From positions 1 through 57,927 of the forward strand of contig DAOMWT010000001.1 in the NCBI GenBank assembly GCA_035436705.1: a stretch of DNA of 57,927 nucleotides, in the 5' to 3' direction. Shown in pieces: positions 24,819-34,171 of this stretch. The translations under genes and the position numbers were made by a program. The DNA comes from Thiobacillus sp. (lineage in GTDB: Bacteria; Pseudomonadota; Gammaproteobacteria; Burkholderiales; Thiobacillaceae). Positions within the stretch are counted from its first letter, which is position 1, and each line of letters begins with the position of its first letter. Below the pieces are notes generated by a model that saw only the letters and a list, made by a program, of their open reading frames with translations, was not told the DNA's origin and did no database searches.

Positions 24819-24838
24819 GTCGGATGGCCTGCTTCAGC

Positions 24839-25651
24839 TCAGAAAATCGACGAGGAGAGTTCCTGGATCGCCTTCAGCATGTCGGCGTCGTCGGTGACCG
24901 CCTGCGCGACCGCAGATTTGCACGCCGTCACCGGGCTGATGCCGTCGGCGATCAGCTTGCCGGCGTGTACCAGCAGCCGCGTGGAGGCGCCTTCCTCCAG
25001 CCCGCTGCCCTTGAGGTTGCGCGTCATCTGCGCGAAGCGCACCAGATTGTCGGCGACCGCTTCGGTCACGCCGGATTCGGTAGCGACGATGCGGCGTTCG
25101 AGCGCGGCCGAGGGGTAGTCGAATTCCAGCGCGATGAAGCGCTGGCGGGTTGACTGCTTCAGATCTTTCAGCACGCTCTGGTAGCCGGGATTGTAGGAAA
25201 TGGCCAGGCAGAACTCGGGCGGCGCCTCGACGATCTGGCCGAGTTTTTCCATCGGCAGGGTGCGGCGATCGTCGGCCAGCGGATGGATCACCACCATGGT
25301 GTCCTTGCGCGCCTCGACAATTTCGTCCAGATAGCAGATACCGCCGCAGCGAACCGCGCGGGTGAGCGGACCGTCGACCCATACGGTTTCGCCGCCCTTG
25401 ACCAGATAGCGGCCGACCAGGTCGGACGCGGTGAGGTCGTCGTGGCACGACACTGTGATCAGCGGCCTTTTGAGGCGCCACGCCATGTGTTCCATGAAGC
25501 GCGTCTTGCCGCAGCCGGTGGGGCCTTTCAGCAAGACCGGGATACGTTGCCGGTAGGCGGCCTCGAAAAGCCGGATTTCATCGCCGACGGCTTCATAGTA
25601 GGGCTCTTTTTCGATCAGACGATGGGTGGGGTCGAGGGTACGTGCGTTCAT
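24839..25651 (-). CDS. CbbQ/NirQ/NorQ-family MoxR AAA+ ATPase
   Basis: [47 protein letters not shown]. Confidence 0.93.
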   Translation of the reverse strand: MNARTLDPTHRLIEKEPYYEAVGDEIRLFEAAYRQRIPVLLKGPTGCGKTRFMEHMAWRLKRPLITVSCHDDLTASDLVGRYLVKGGETVWVDGPLTRAVRCGGICYLDEIVEARKDTMVVIHPLADDRRTLPMEKLGQIVEAPPEFCLAISYNPGYQSVLKDLKQSTRQRFIALEFDYPSAALERRIVATESGVTEAVADNLVRFAQMTRNLKGSGLEEGASTRLLVHAGKLIADGISPVTACKSAVAQAVTDDADMLKAIQELSSSIF

Positions 25652-25667
25652 TGTCGAAGGTTTTTTT

Positions 25668-26144
25668 TTAGAAGCAGCCGGATTGCTGTTTCTTGCGTTC
25701 GAGTTCTTTGACTTCCGCGTTCCAGGCGTCCATCTGTTCCTGGGTGTAGCCTTTACGGCGTGCCGCATCCATTTTGTCGAACACCCGCCCGAGTTTGTCG
25801 GCCAGGGTGTCACACTGCCGCGCCGAGGCAGATTTGCCGGTGGCATTTCCCTTCGGGGTACGCCGGGTTTCAAGGCGAATGGAGGCGGGCTCAGCGTCGC
25901 GGTTCACCGCTTTGGAGGCGGCAGGGGGCGCGGGCATGGGCGATGCTGGCTGCACGCGCATCGGGTCGGGCAGCGGTGCTGGGTCGATTTCCACTTTGCT
26001 CGCTTCCCGCGCGTTGCGGCAGGGCAGGTTGGAATAGGTCACCTTGCCCTGCGCGTCGATACATTTGTTGAGCGTGGGCTGCGCCGATGCACCTGCGGGG
26101 GACAGGACCGGCAACGCGAGCAGGACCAGTGCAAGCACACGCAT
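25668..26144 (-). CDS. exported DUF4124-like protein
   Basis: Signal peptide [11 protein letters not shown]..., [16 protein letters not shown], Pro-rich linker. Confidence 0.8.
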   Translation of the reverse strand: MRVLALVLLALPVLSPAGASAQPTLNKCIDAQGKVTYSNLPCRNAREASKVEIDPAPLPDPMRVQPASPMPAPPAASKAVNRDAEPASIRLETRRTPKGNATGKSASARQCDTLADKLGRVFDKMDAARRKGYTQEQMDAWNAEVKELERKKQQSGCF

Positions 26145-26149
26145 GAGGA

Positions 26150-27061
26150 TCAGTGCTCGCCCGAATACTTGTCGTCTTCGAGCGCCATTTTTTGCTGGAA
26201 TTCGGCTTCTTTCGCCTGCTCGGTCAGGGCGCGCTTGCGCGCCAGACGTTTTTCGTACGCCCCCGGGTGCTGCTCGACAAATTCTTCGCCGAATAGCGCG
26301 TGGCGCAGGAAGTTCATGCCAAAGTCGAGCAGGGCCTCGTCGTCGGCGATCAGGGTGGCCATGATCTCGACCGGAATGTTGTAGGTATCGTTGAAGCTCG
26401 GGCTCATGACAAAGGCACGGAAACGGTCGACGTCGTAGCTCGCCATGAAGAAGAGCTGGTTGGAAACCGGGGTCGGCTTGCCGATCGCGGGGCCGGCCGA
26501 TTTGCGCTTGACCACCAGTTGACGCCACGCGTGCGCTTTCTGGTCGTACTCGTCGACGCCCTGTTCGTGGCGGTATTCCTCGATGGTCTGGACCTTGTCC
26601 TCGAAGTGGCCGAGGCAGTGAGGCTCCTTCACCAGCGCGTAGGCGCTGCGGTCAACGTACTCGTCCGAACGGCGCATGGTCAACAGCGCCACCGGGTAAT
26701 AGCGGCAGGCGGTGGGACGGTCTTCGTAGACACCGCAGCCTTCAGGCGTCATGAACTGGCAGGCGGTACCGCCCTCGACCGGATTCAGCTTGATGCCTGG
26801 CATGCCGTCCTTGTCCATCTCGAACGGTACCGAGTACTGCTTGAGGAATTCGCCCGACGACATATCCAGGCGTTTTTTCAGACGCAGCACGTCGTAGGGC
26901 GTCAAAGGAATGTCGATGTTGCTGCAACAGGCATTCCAGCACTTGACGTTGCGATGGCAGCGGAATTGCAGCCTGGCGTTTTCCGCCAGCATGGCGGGTT
27001 TGACCGGATTGCCCGCGAAAGGGGAATCCTCGATCAAGTCTTTAAATTCGGCTTCGTTCAT
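26150..27061 (-). CDS. YkgJ/UPF0153 cysteine-cluster (putative Fe-S or Zn) protein
   Basis: FRCH...CWNACC, CQF...CGVYEDRPTACRYYP, HCLG. Confidence 0.85.
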   Translation of the reverse strand: MNEAEFKDLIEDSPFAGNPVKPAMLAENARLQFRCHRNVKCWNACCSNIDIPLTPYDVLRLKKRLDMSSGEFLKQYSVPFEMDKDGMPGIKLNPVEGGTACQFMTPEGCGVYEDRPTACRYYPVALLTMRRSDEYVDRSAYALVKEPHCLGHFEDKVQTIEEYRHEQGVDEYDQKAHAWRQLVVKRKSAGPAIGKPTPVSNQLFFMASYDVDRFRAFVMSPSFNDTYNIPVEIMATLIADDEALLDFGMNFLRHALFGEEFVEQHPGAYEKRLARKRALTEQAKEAEFQQKMALEDDKYSGEH

Positions 27062-27186
27062 TTTGCGACCTCTCGGGGCACGGCCCCTCACTTCAAAAAC
27101 ATCAACATATAGCCGGGAATGCGTAGGGTACGCGCTTTCGGCTGGATGCTGAACAACCTTGATTGTCTTGCTGTTATTGCTGCCGG

Positions 27187-27221
27187 AAAAAAACCGGGCG
27201 CCCAGAAGGCGCCCGGAGTTT
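27187..27221 (-). terminator. intrinsic terminator after aprA
   Basis: Minus strand ccgggcgcc-ttctg-ggcgcccgg followed by T7. Confidence 0.75.
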
Positions 27222-27238
27222 ACTGCGTCACCGATGGA

Positions 27239-29260
27239 TTAGTGGGCAGCGGGCTTGAACAGCTTGGACTTGTCGACCAGATCCACGTGGGCACGCTTGA
27301 AGCAGTTCCACTGTTTGGAGTTCTTGTCGTAGACCGAGTTCACGAAGCAATGCCAGTTTTCCTCATCGACAAAGTTCTTGTCCATGCGGTAGTAGAAGCC
27401 GGGGTAACGGCTTTCTTCGCGGAACTGGATGTGCTTCATGTGGGCTTCGGCCGTCAGGATGCGATGGTAGTTTTCCCACGCGCGGAGCAGTTCGTGCAGG
27501 TCCTTCGCACGCATTTTTTCTGCATCTTCCTTCAGCATGTTCAGCTTTTCTTCCGCCACACCCAGCATGTTGGCGTTGGTCGTGTAGTAGGTCGCGACGC
27601 CGGCAACATACTCGTCCATGATCTTCTGCAGGCGGAACTGCAGCATCTTGGGCGTGATGTAGTTGGGGTTGACGTCGATCGCCGTAGTGTAGTCCTTGTG
27701 CTCGAGGAAGGTGCGCACCGGCTTGTAGATGTCTTCCACCAGCTGCTCGACGGAGGTGTCGAGTTCGGGTTTCCAGTCCTTGTTGTCGATGCAGAACTTG
27801 ACCATGGACTTGGCGCACATGCGGCCTTCGGCGTGCGAGCCGGAGGAGAACTTGTGGCCGGATGCGCCCACGCCGTCGCCGGCGGTGAACAGACCCTTGA
27901 CCGTGGTCATCGAGCGGTAGCCCCAGTTCCAGCCCTTGGGCAGATGAGCCGGGATCTTGCCCGCATCGGCGTGCGTTTCATCGGTCGGTGCGCCGATATC
28001 GGTCGGGCCCGACACCCAGATGCCGCAGCAGCCGGAGTGGCTGCCGAGCAGGTAGGGCTCGGTCGGCATCAGTTCGGAGTTTTTCTTCTCCGGCTCGATG
28101 TTTTCGCCCACCCAGATACCGCACTGGCCGACGCACATGTCGAGGAAGTCTTCCCAGGCTTCGGCTTCGAGGTGCTTCACTTCGCGCGGGGTCAGGGTCT
28201 CACGCAGCTTGGCGAGGGCGGTCACGGTATCCATGTAGATGGGACCGCGGCCTTCCTTCATTTCCTTCAGCATCAGGTGGTTACGCAGGCACGAAGCCGG
28301 CACGGCAGCCTGACCGTAGGGAGGGTAGTCGTTCAGCAGTTCCTTGTTCTTCTGCATGTAGACTTCGCCGTAGGCGTTGACGGCCTGGGCCTTGAACAGC
28401 AGGAACCAGGCGCCGACCGGGCCGTAGCCGTCCTTGAAGCGGGCGGGCACGAAGCGGTTTTCCATCATGGTCAGCTCGGCGCCGGCTTCGGCAGCCATGG
28501 CATAGGTCGAACCGGCGTTCCATACCGGGTACCAGGCACGGCCAGTACCTTCACCGACGGAGCGCGGACGGAAAATGTTCACGCAGCCACCGGCGGCCAG
28601 CAGGATCGCCTTGGCCTTGTAGACGACGACCTTATGGTCGCGGGTCGAGAAGCCGACGGCACCGGCGATGCGGTTGGGGTCGTTCTTGTCGTTGACCAGC
28701 TTGACGATGAAGATGCGCTCTTCGATGCGATCCATGCCGAGCGCCTTCTTGGTCGCTTCGGCCACGATCCATTTGTAGGATTCGCCGTTGATCATGATCT
28801 GCCATTTGCCGGAACGCACGGGCTTGCCGCCGTCCTTCAGCGTGGGCAGGCCTTGCGAACCGTCGTGGCGCTCGCCGTTTTCGTCGGTCTTCCAGATCGG
28901 CAGGCCCCATTCCTCGAACAGGTGCACGGAATCATCCACGTTGCGGCCGAGGTCGTAGGCGAGGTCATCACGCGTGATGCCCATCAGGTCGTTGGAGACC
29001 ATGCGGGCGTAGTCGGCGGGATCCTGTTCGGATCCGATATAGGTGTTGATCGCGGACAGGCCCTGTGCCACGGCACCGGAACGGTCCATCGCGGCCTTGT
29101 CGACCAGTTTGATCTTCAGATCGATGCCGGTCTCTGCCTTGGCGGCGTCAGCCCAGCGCATGACTTCGTAACCGGCGCCGCAGCATGCCATGCCACCGCC
29201 GATCAGGAGGATGTCGACTTCCTCCTGGACTACTTCAGGATTACCAAATTCTCCAGCCAT
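27239..29260 (-). CDS. aprA: adenylylsulfate (APS) reductase alpha subunit
   Basis: IGGGMACCG, RSGAVAQGLSAINTY, WQIMINGESYK, ARFKDGYGPVGAW, GHKFSSGSH. Confidence 0.97.
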   Translation of the reverse strand: MAGEFGNPEVVQEEVDILLIGGGMACCGAGYEVMRWADAAKAETGIDLKIKLVDKAAMDRSGAVAQGLSAINTYIGSEQDPADYARMVSNDLMGITRDDLAYDLGRNVDDSVHLFEEWGLPIWKTDENGERHDGSQGLPTLKDGGKPVRSGKWQIMINGESYKWIVAEATKKALGMDRIEERIFIVKLVNDKNDPNRIAGAVGFSTRDHKVVVYKAKAILLAAGGCVNIFRPRSVGEGTGRAWYPVWNAGSTYAMAAEAGAELTMMENRFVPARFKDGYGPVGAWFLLFKAQAVNAYGEVYMQKNKELLNDYPPYGQAAVPASCLRNHLMLKEMKEGRGPIYMDTVTALAKLRETLTPREVKHLEAEAWEDFLDMCVGQCGIWVGENIEPEKKNSELMPTEPYLLGSHSGCCGIWVSGPTDIGAPTDETHADAGKIPAHLPKGWNWGYRSMTTVKGLFTAGDGVGASGHKFSSGSHAEGRMCAKSMVKFCIDNKDWKPELDTSVEQLVEDIYKPVRTFLEHKDYTTAIDVNPNYITPKMLQFRLQKIMDEYVAGVATYYTTNANMLGVAEEKLNMLKEDAEKMRAKDLHELLRAWENYHRILTAEAHMKHIQFREESRYPGFYYRMDKNFVDEENWHCFVNSVYDKNSKQWNCFKRAHVDLVDKSKLFKPAAH

Positions 29261-29278
29261 TTCGTTTACCTCTCTAAA

Positions 29279-29752
29279 TTACTTGCGAATCAGTTCAGCG
29301 GGGTTGCCGGCACGGTAGCCCCCCATCATGTCACGGGTGAAGGAACCCGTGGACTCGATATCAGCCATCTTGGGCATGGGCTTGTTGCCGTAGGGATCGA
29401 TCGAGCCTTCGGGGGTGGTGCGGATCGGGAACTTGAAACGCTTCAACACGCCGTTACGAAACTTGATGGTCCACATGATGGAGTCGGAACCACGCAGCGG
29501 CTGAACCATGCCGCCCAGCGGCACGACGTCGGCATAGTGGCGAACTTCAATGGCTTGCTGCGGGCAGATCTTCACACAGGAATAGCACTCCCAACACTGC
29601 TCGGGTTCCTGGTTGAACGCACGCATGGCGTGGCCGGTTTCCGAACCGTCCTTGTCCAGCTTCATCAGATCGTGCGGGCAGATGTACATGCAAGCGGTCT
29701 TATCCTGACCCTTGCAGCCGTCGCACTTGTCGGTACGAACATAGGTTGGCAT
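29279..29752 (-). CDS. aprB: APS reductase beta subunit
   Basis: MPTYV..CDGCK..CMYICP, QCWECYSCVKICP, FKFPIRTTPEG. Confidence 0.97.
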   Translation of the reverse strand: MPTYVRTDKCDGCKGQDKTACMYICPHDLMKLDKDGSETGHAMRAFNQEPEQCWECYSCVKICPQQAIEVRHYADVVPLGGMVQPLRGSDSIMWTIKFRNGVLKRFKFPIRTTPEGSIDPYGNKPMPKMADIESTGSFTRDMMGGYRAGNPAELIRK

Positions 29753-29932
29753 TACAGTCTCCTAAAGTTAGCTAACAATCCGCGTACGTCGCGGTCCGAT
29801 TAGAACTGAACCCGTCCTTGGCCGGGGCGACTCGCGAATCCGCTTCCGGTAGGCTCGTGTCCTAAAAGTTTGCCCCGATCAGTGCTGCAACGATCGGGGC
29901 CATTCCATCCGGCATCCTGCCGTCCGGAAAAA

Positions 29933-31150
29933 TTACGCTGCCGAGTGGCCTTTCAACTCGATTTTGACGTTCTGCTCCGCGGAGAGGCCGGCATAGTACT
30001 TCTGCAGTACCTTGGCGACTTCAGGACGGCTGAATTCGACCGGCAGATCCTGGCCTTCGGACAGCATCGAACGTACCTTGGTGCCGGACAGCAGGATGCG
30101 GTCGTCCTTGGTGTGGGGGCAGGTACGTTGCGAGGCCATGCCACCGCATTTTTTGCACCAGAAGGTCCAGTCGATGTTCATGTTCTTGGTTTCGAGCGCA
30201 TCCTTGGGAATTTCGTCGAAAATCTTCTGCGCGTCGAACGGGCCATAGTAGTCCCCCACGCCGGCGTGGTCGCGGCCGACGATCAGATGCGAGCAGCCGT
30301 AGTTCTGGCGGAACAGCGCATGCAGCAGGGCTTCGCGCGGGCCGGCGTAGCGCATGTCGAGCGGGTAGCCTGCCTGGATCACGGTGTTGGGGGCAAAATA
30401 GTTGTCGATCAGGGTGGAGATCGCTTCGGAACGGACCTCGGCGGGGATGTCGCCCGGTTTCAGCGCGCCAAGCAGCGAGTGGATCAGCACGCCGTCCATG
30501 GTTTCGATGGCGATCTTGGCCAGATACTCGTGCGAACGGTGCATCGGGTTGCGGGTCTGGAAAGCGGCAATCTTGGACCAGCCCATTTTCTCGAATGCGG
30601 TGCGGGTTTCGGCGGGGGTCATGAACTGGTCGCCGTACTCTTCCTTGAAGCTGCCGGTGGACAGCACCTTGACCGGGCCGGCAAGATTGACCGGGCCCTG
30701 GTCCATGACCATCTTCACGCCAGGGTGTTCGAGGTCGGTGGTCTTGTAGACCTGCATGCATTCGTGCGCCTTGTCGATGGCGTATTTCTCGGTCACCTTC
30801 ATGGTGCCCATGATGTTGCCGGATTCGCTGTCGACCAGTGCGATATCGGCACCGACCGCGATATTCTGTGCGGTGACTTCATCGGCGGAGAGAGTGACCG
30901 GAATCGGCCAGAACAGGCCGTTGGCCATTTTATAGCCGTCGCATACGCCCTGCCAGTCGGCATGGGTCATGAAACCTTCGAGCGGGGTGAAACCGCCGAT
31001 TCCCATCATGATGAGGTCGCCGGTTTCGCGCGAGGTCATCTTGACCTTGGGCAGCGAGGCGGCGCGGGCTTGCTCGGCAGCAAGTGCGGCGCCCGTCAGC
31101 AGCAGGGGTTTGAGTTCACCGCCACCGTGGGGGCGTACCAGTTTGGACAT
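29933..31150 (-). CDS. sat: sulfate adenylyltransferase (ATP sulfurylase)
   Basis: [41 protein letters not shown]. Confidence 0.97.
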   Translation of the reverse strand: MSKLVRPHGGGELKPLLLTGAALAAEQARAASLPKVKMTSRETGDLIMMGIGGFTPLEGFMTHADWQGVCDGYKMANGLFWPIPVTLSADEVTAQNIAVGADIALVDSESGNIMGTMKVTEKYAIDKAHECMQVYKTTDLEHPGVKMVMDQGPVNLAGPVKVLSTGSFKEEYGDQFMTPAETRTAFEKMGWSKIAAFQTRNPMHRSHEYLAKIAIETMDGVLIHSLLGALKPGDIPAEVRSEAISTLIDNYFAPNTVIQAGYPLDMRYAGPREALLHALFRQNYGCSHLIVGRDHAGVGDYYGPFDAQKIFDEIPKDALETKNMNIDWTFWCKKCGGMASQRTCPHTKDDRILLSGTKVRSMLSEGQDLPVEFSRPEVAKVLQKYYAGLSAEQNVKIELKGHSAA

Positions 31151-31270
31151 GCTGTCTCCTCAGAATTGAAGGGGTTATTGAGTCGGGGCAGCATAGCACC
31201 GGGGCTGATGTCTGAATAATGCTTTATTTTTATTTGAGGATAAGCGGGGTTGATATTGACTCATGGCCAT

Positions 31271-31300
31271 AAAAAAGCCCGGTATAGCCGGGCTTTTTTA
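31271..31300. terminator. intrinsic terminator after the 137-aa gene, upstream of the sat promoter
   Basis: aaaaaagcccgg-tatag-ccgggctttttt. Confidence 0.85.
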
Positions 31301-31315
31301 TTTTGAAACAATTGC

Positions 31316-31729
31316 TTATGCGTCGAAGAAGGCAGGCATGTCGGTCAGCTCGGTCTTGATGACGCCAACCCAGGCAGGTTTGGTGTCGCCACCGGCTGCG
31401 GCCAGTTTTTTGGTTTCTTCGTAGAGCATTTTCCAGCGGTTGTACAGACAGTCGCTGATCTTGCGCATGCCCGAATCAAAATAGGAGTTATGCAGATCGC
31501 CTACGGTGCGGGTGAAAGCCTCCATCTGCTCAAGCAGATTATGCGGGTAGCCGTGACGGTTGGGGTCGGCGTATTTGACCATTTCACGCTTGACCGCGCG
31601 CACGAAGACTTTCTGGCCTTCGGTGAGGTCGGCTTCGGTGCGGGGGCTGCCGCCGTAATTCATCACTTCGTGGATGAAGCCATTGAGACGTTCGCCGAAA
31701 TCGAAGTTGGCATAGTCGACGTTTTGCAT
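31316..31729 (-). CDS. hypothetical protein (137 aa)
   Basis: GGAGG RBS, host-like codon usage, own terminator; no motif recognised. Confidence 0.8.
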   Translation of the reverse strand: MQNVDYANFDFGERLNGFIHEVMNYGGSPRTEADLTEGQKVFVRAVKREMVKYADPNRHGYPHNLLEQMEAFTRTVGDLHNSYFDSGMRKISDCLYNRWKMLYEETKKLAAAGGDTKPAWVGVIKTELTDMPAFFDA

Positions 31730-31835
31730 AAATCCTCCGTTATCACGATGAATCTTTAAAACTGGATATGACTCCGCTGGCTATCCTACCCTGCGCGATA
31801 CGGCTGTCCAGCGTCTTCTCGGGACAGTTGCACGA

Positions 31836-32546
31836 TTATTTTCTAAGCCCTTGAATCCAGCGGGAATATATTTTGTCGGCCAGTTGATGCAGACGGGCAA
31901 TGCGGGCATCCATGTCCGCCTGGATGGCGCCGGGCGACTGTACGCCGGGACTGTCGCTGGCGGCGATTTCGGCGGCGCCGTTGCCGCACCAGCTGGCGAT
32001 GAGTTCGGGCGTCATTTCGACGTGGCATTGCATACCGATATGGCGGCCATTCAGGACGTAGGCCTGGTTGGCGCACCAGGCGCTGTCGAGGATGCGCGTG
32101 GCGCCCGACGGCAGGCTGAAGGTTTCGCCGTGCCAGTGAAACGCCAGCATGGGCTGTGTGGCTTCGCCCAGCCAGGGAAGCGCTGCTTCGGCGTCGCTGA
32201 TGCGGACGTCGCCCCAGCCGATTTCCTTGACCGGGTTACGGCTCACCGTGCCGCCCAGCGCCCTGGACATCAGTTGCCCACCCAGGCAATGGCCGATCAC
32301 CGGAACGTCCGAGGCGACCGCCTGGCGGATCAGGGCCAGCAGCGGTGGAATCCAGGGCAGATCGTCATTGACGCTCATGTGCCCGCCCATCAAGCAGATG
32401 CCTGAAATGCCGTTAAGGTCTTTGGGCACGGCGTCGCCGGCGTCGATGCGAACCAGTTGCCAGGGAATGCCGTGGCGATCCAGAAACGTGGTGAAATATC
32501 CCGGCCCTTCGGTGAGCGAATGACGGAAAATCAGAACAGGAAGCAT
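31836..32546 (-). CDS. type 1 glutamine amidotransferase
   Basis: EGPG, LMGG, GHCLGGQL nucleophile elbow, WHGET, QCHVE. Confidence 0.92.
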   Translation of the reverse strand: MLPVLIFRHSLTEGPGYFTTFLDRHGIPWQLVRIDAGDAVPKDLNGISGICLMGGHMSVNDDLPWIPPLLALIRQAVASDVPVIGHCLGGQLMSRALGGTVSRNPVKEIGWGDVRISDAEAALPWLGEATQPMLAFHWHGETFSLPSGATRILDSAWCANQAYVLNGRHIGMQCHVEMTPELIASWCGNGAAEIAASDSPGVQSPGAIQADMDARIARLHQLADKIYSRWIQGLRK

Positions 32547-33195
32547 GATGCCTCTCGATAAAAAAACGGTCGCGATGATGATAGCCGCAGGCGGGCTTTC
32601 CTGCACCCACACGTGGGCAGCCAGCGTCTCGGTGGTGGGGCTGTTCAAGGACAAGGCCATCGTCAGCATCGACGGCGGCAAGCCACGTACCCTGAGCGTG
32701 GGACAGACGGTTCAGGGGGTGAAACTGCTGGCCGCGGATTCCGGTAGCGCCAGTTTCGACGTCGACGGCAAGCGCCGCACACTGGGCATGGGGCAATCCT
32801 TTGCCGGCGGTGCGCCGACGGCTGAGCGCAAGAGCGTGTCGCTCACGGCCGATGCACGCGGCCACTTTGCCGCGGCCGGTTCGCTCAACGGGTATCCGAT
32901 GACTTTCCTGGTCGACACCGGCGCGACGTCCATCGCCATCAGCGCTGCCGAAGCCCGGCGCATCGGACTCGACTACAAGGCCGGGCAGGCCACCGGCGTC
33001 GGCACTGCCGCAGGCGTGGTGCCTGCCTGGCGCGTCAAGTTCAATACCGTGAAGGTCGGCGGCATTACCGTCAGCCAGGTCGACGGCATGGTGGTCGAGA
33101 CCGGCTTGAGCATGCCGCTTTTGGGGATGAGCTTTTTGAACCGGATGGAAATGCGGCGCGACGGGCAGACGATGACGCTAACCCAGCGGTATTGA
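32545..33195 (+). CDS. retropepsin-like (clan AA) aspartic protease; start uncertain
   Basis: DARGHF, FLVDTGATSIAI, LLGMSFL; signal-like N terminus. Confidence 0.9.
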   Translation: MMPLDKKTVAMMIAAGGLSCTHTWAASVSVVGLFKDKAIVSIDGGKPRTLSVGQTVQGVKLLAADSGSASFDVDGKRRTLGMGQSFAGGAPTAERKSVSLTADARGHFAAAGSLNGYPMTFLVDTGATSIAISAAEARRIGLDYKAGQATGVGTAAGVVPAWRVKFNTVKVGGITVSQVDGMVVETGLSMPLLGMSFLNRMEMRRDGQTMTLTQRY

Positions 33196-33261
33196 TTGCA
33201 AGCGGACAAAATGCAGCGGGGCCCGCTGTTGCGGGCCCCGTTCCTGAGATGCGGCAGGAAA

Positions 33262-34071
33262 TTATTGCCTTGCCTTGTCGCGCTCGATCAGTGCGTACGC
33301 CGAGTGATTGTGGATGGATTCGAAGTTCTCGGCTTCCACCACATAGGCATCGATCATGGGTTCGGCGTTCATCGCGGCGGCGACGTCGCGCACGATGTCC
33401 TCGACGAATTTCGGGTTGTCGTAGGCGCGCTCGGTGACGTATTTCTCGTCCGGCCGTTTCAGCAGGCCGAAGAGTTCGCACGAAGCCTGGTCTTCAACTT
33501 TGCGCACCAGGTCTTCGATCCACAGGAAGCCGTTGGTCCTGGCGGTGACGGTGACGTGCGAGCGCTGGTTATGGGCCCCGTAATCGGAGATTTTCTTTGA
33601 GCACGGGCACAGGGAGGTCACCGGTACCAGCACGCGAGTGGTGTGGGTGTATTGGTCGTTCTCTATCGCGCCGATGAAGGTGACTTCGTAATCCAGCAGG
33701 CTCTGTACGCCGGAGATGGGCGCGGACTTGTTGATGAAATAGGGGAAGGTCATCTCGATGTAGCCCGATTCGGCTTCCAGGCGTTCCACCATCTGGCGCA
33801 GCATGTCCTCGAAATTCTCGACCGAAATCTCGCGCTCGCGCGTATTGAGGATTTCAATGAAGCGTGACATGTGCGTGCCCTTGAAGTTATGTGGCAGGTA
33901 CACGTACATGTTGAAGTTGGCGATGGTGTGCTGGACGCCGTCGTTCTTGTCCGCCACCCGGATCGGATGGCGAATGCTCTTGATGCCGACCTTGTTGATG
34001 GCGATTTGCCGCGTGTCGGCCGAACTTTGCACGTCCGGCATGCAAACGGCGGTATCGCAAATCTGGTTCAT
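33262..34071 (-). CDS. folE2: GTP cyclohydrolase IB
   Basis: [44 protein letters not shown]. Confidence 0.96.
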   Translation of the reverse strand: MNQICDTAVCMPDVQSSADTRQIAINKVGIKSIRHPIRVADKNDGVQHTIANFNMYVYLPHNFKGTHMSRFIEILNTREREISVENFEDMLRQMVERLEAESGYIEMTFPYFINKSAPISGVQSLLDYEVTFIGAIENDQYTHTTRVLVPVTSLCPCSKKISDYGAHNQRSHVTVTARTNGFLWIEDLVRKVEDQASCELFGLLKRPDEKYVTERAYDNPKFVEDIVRDVAAAMNAEPMIDAYVVEAENFESIHNHSAYALIERDKARQ

Positions 34072-34118
34072 GGCAGGCTCCTTGGTGTTTGGTTTCAGCT
34101 CAGGCTGAATACGGTTTA

Positions 34119-34171
34119 CAGTTTAGACTAAGTATAAACTGCCTGAATAGTTGAGTAAACTACTCGGATAA
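34119..34171 (-). promoter_or_regulatory. folE2 internal sigma70 promoter overlapped by an IscR type-1-like box and a second palindrome
   Basis: Minus strand TTTACT-N17-TATACT (34159-34131); ATAGTTGAGTAAACTACTCGGATAA at 34147-34171; CAGTTTA-N9-TAAACTG at 34119-34141. Confidence 0.65.
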
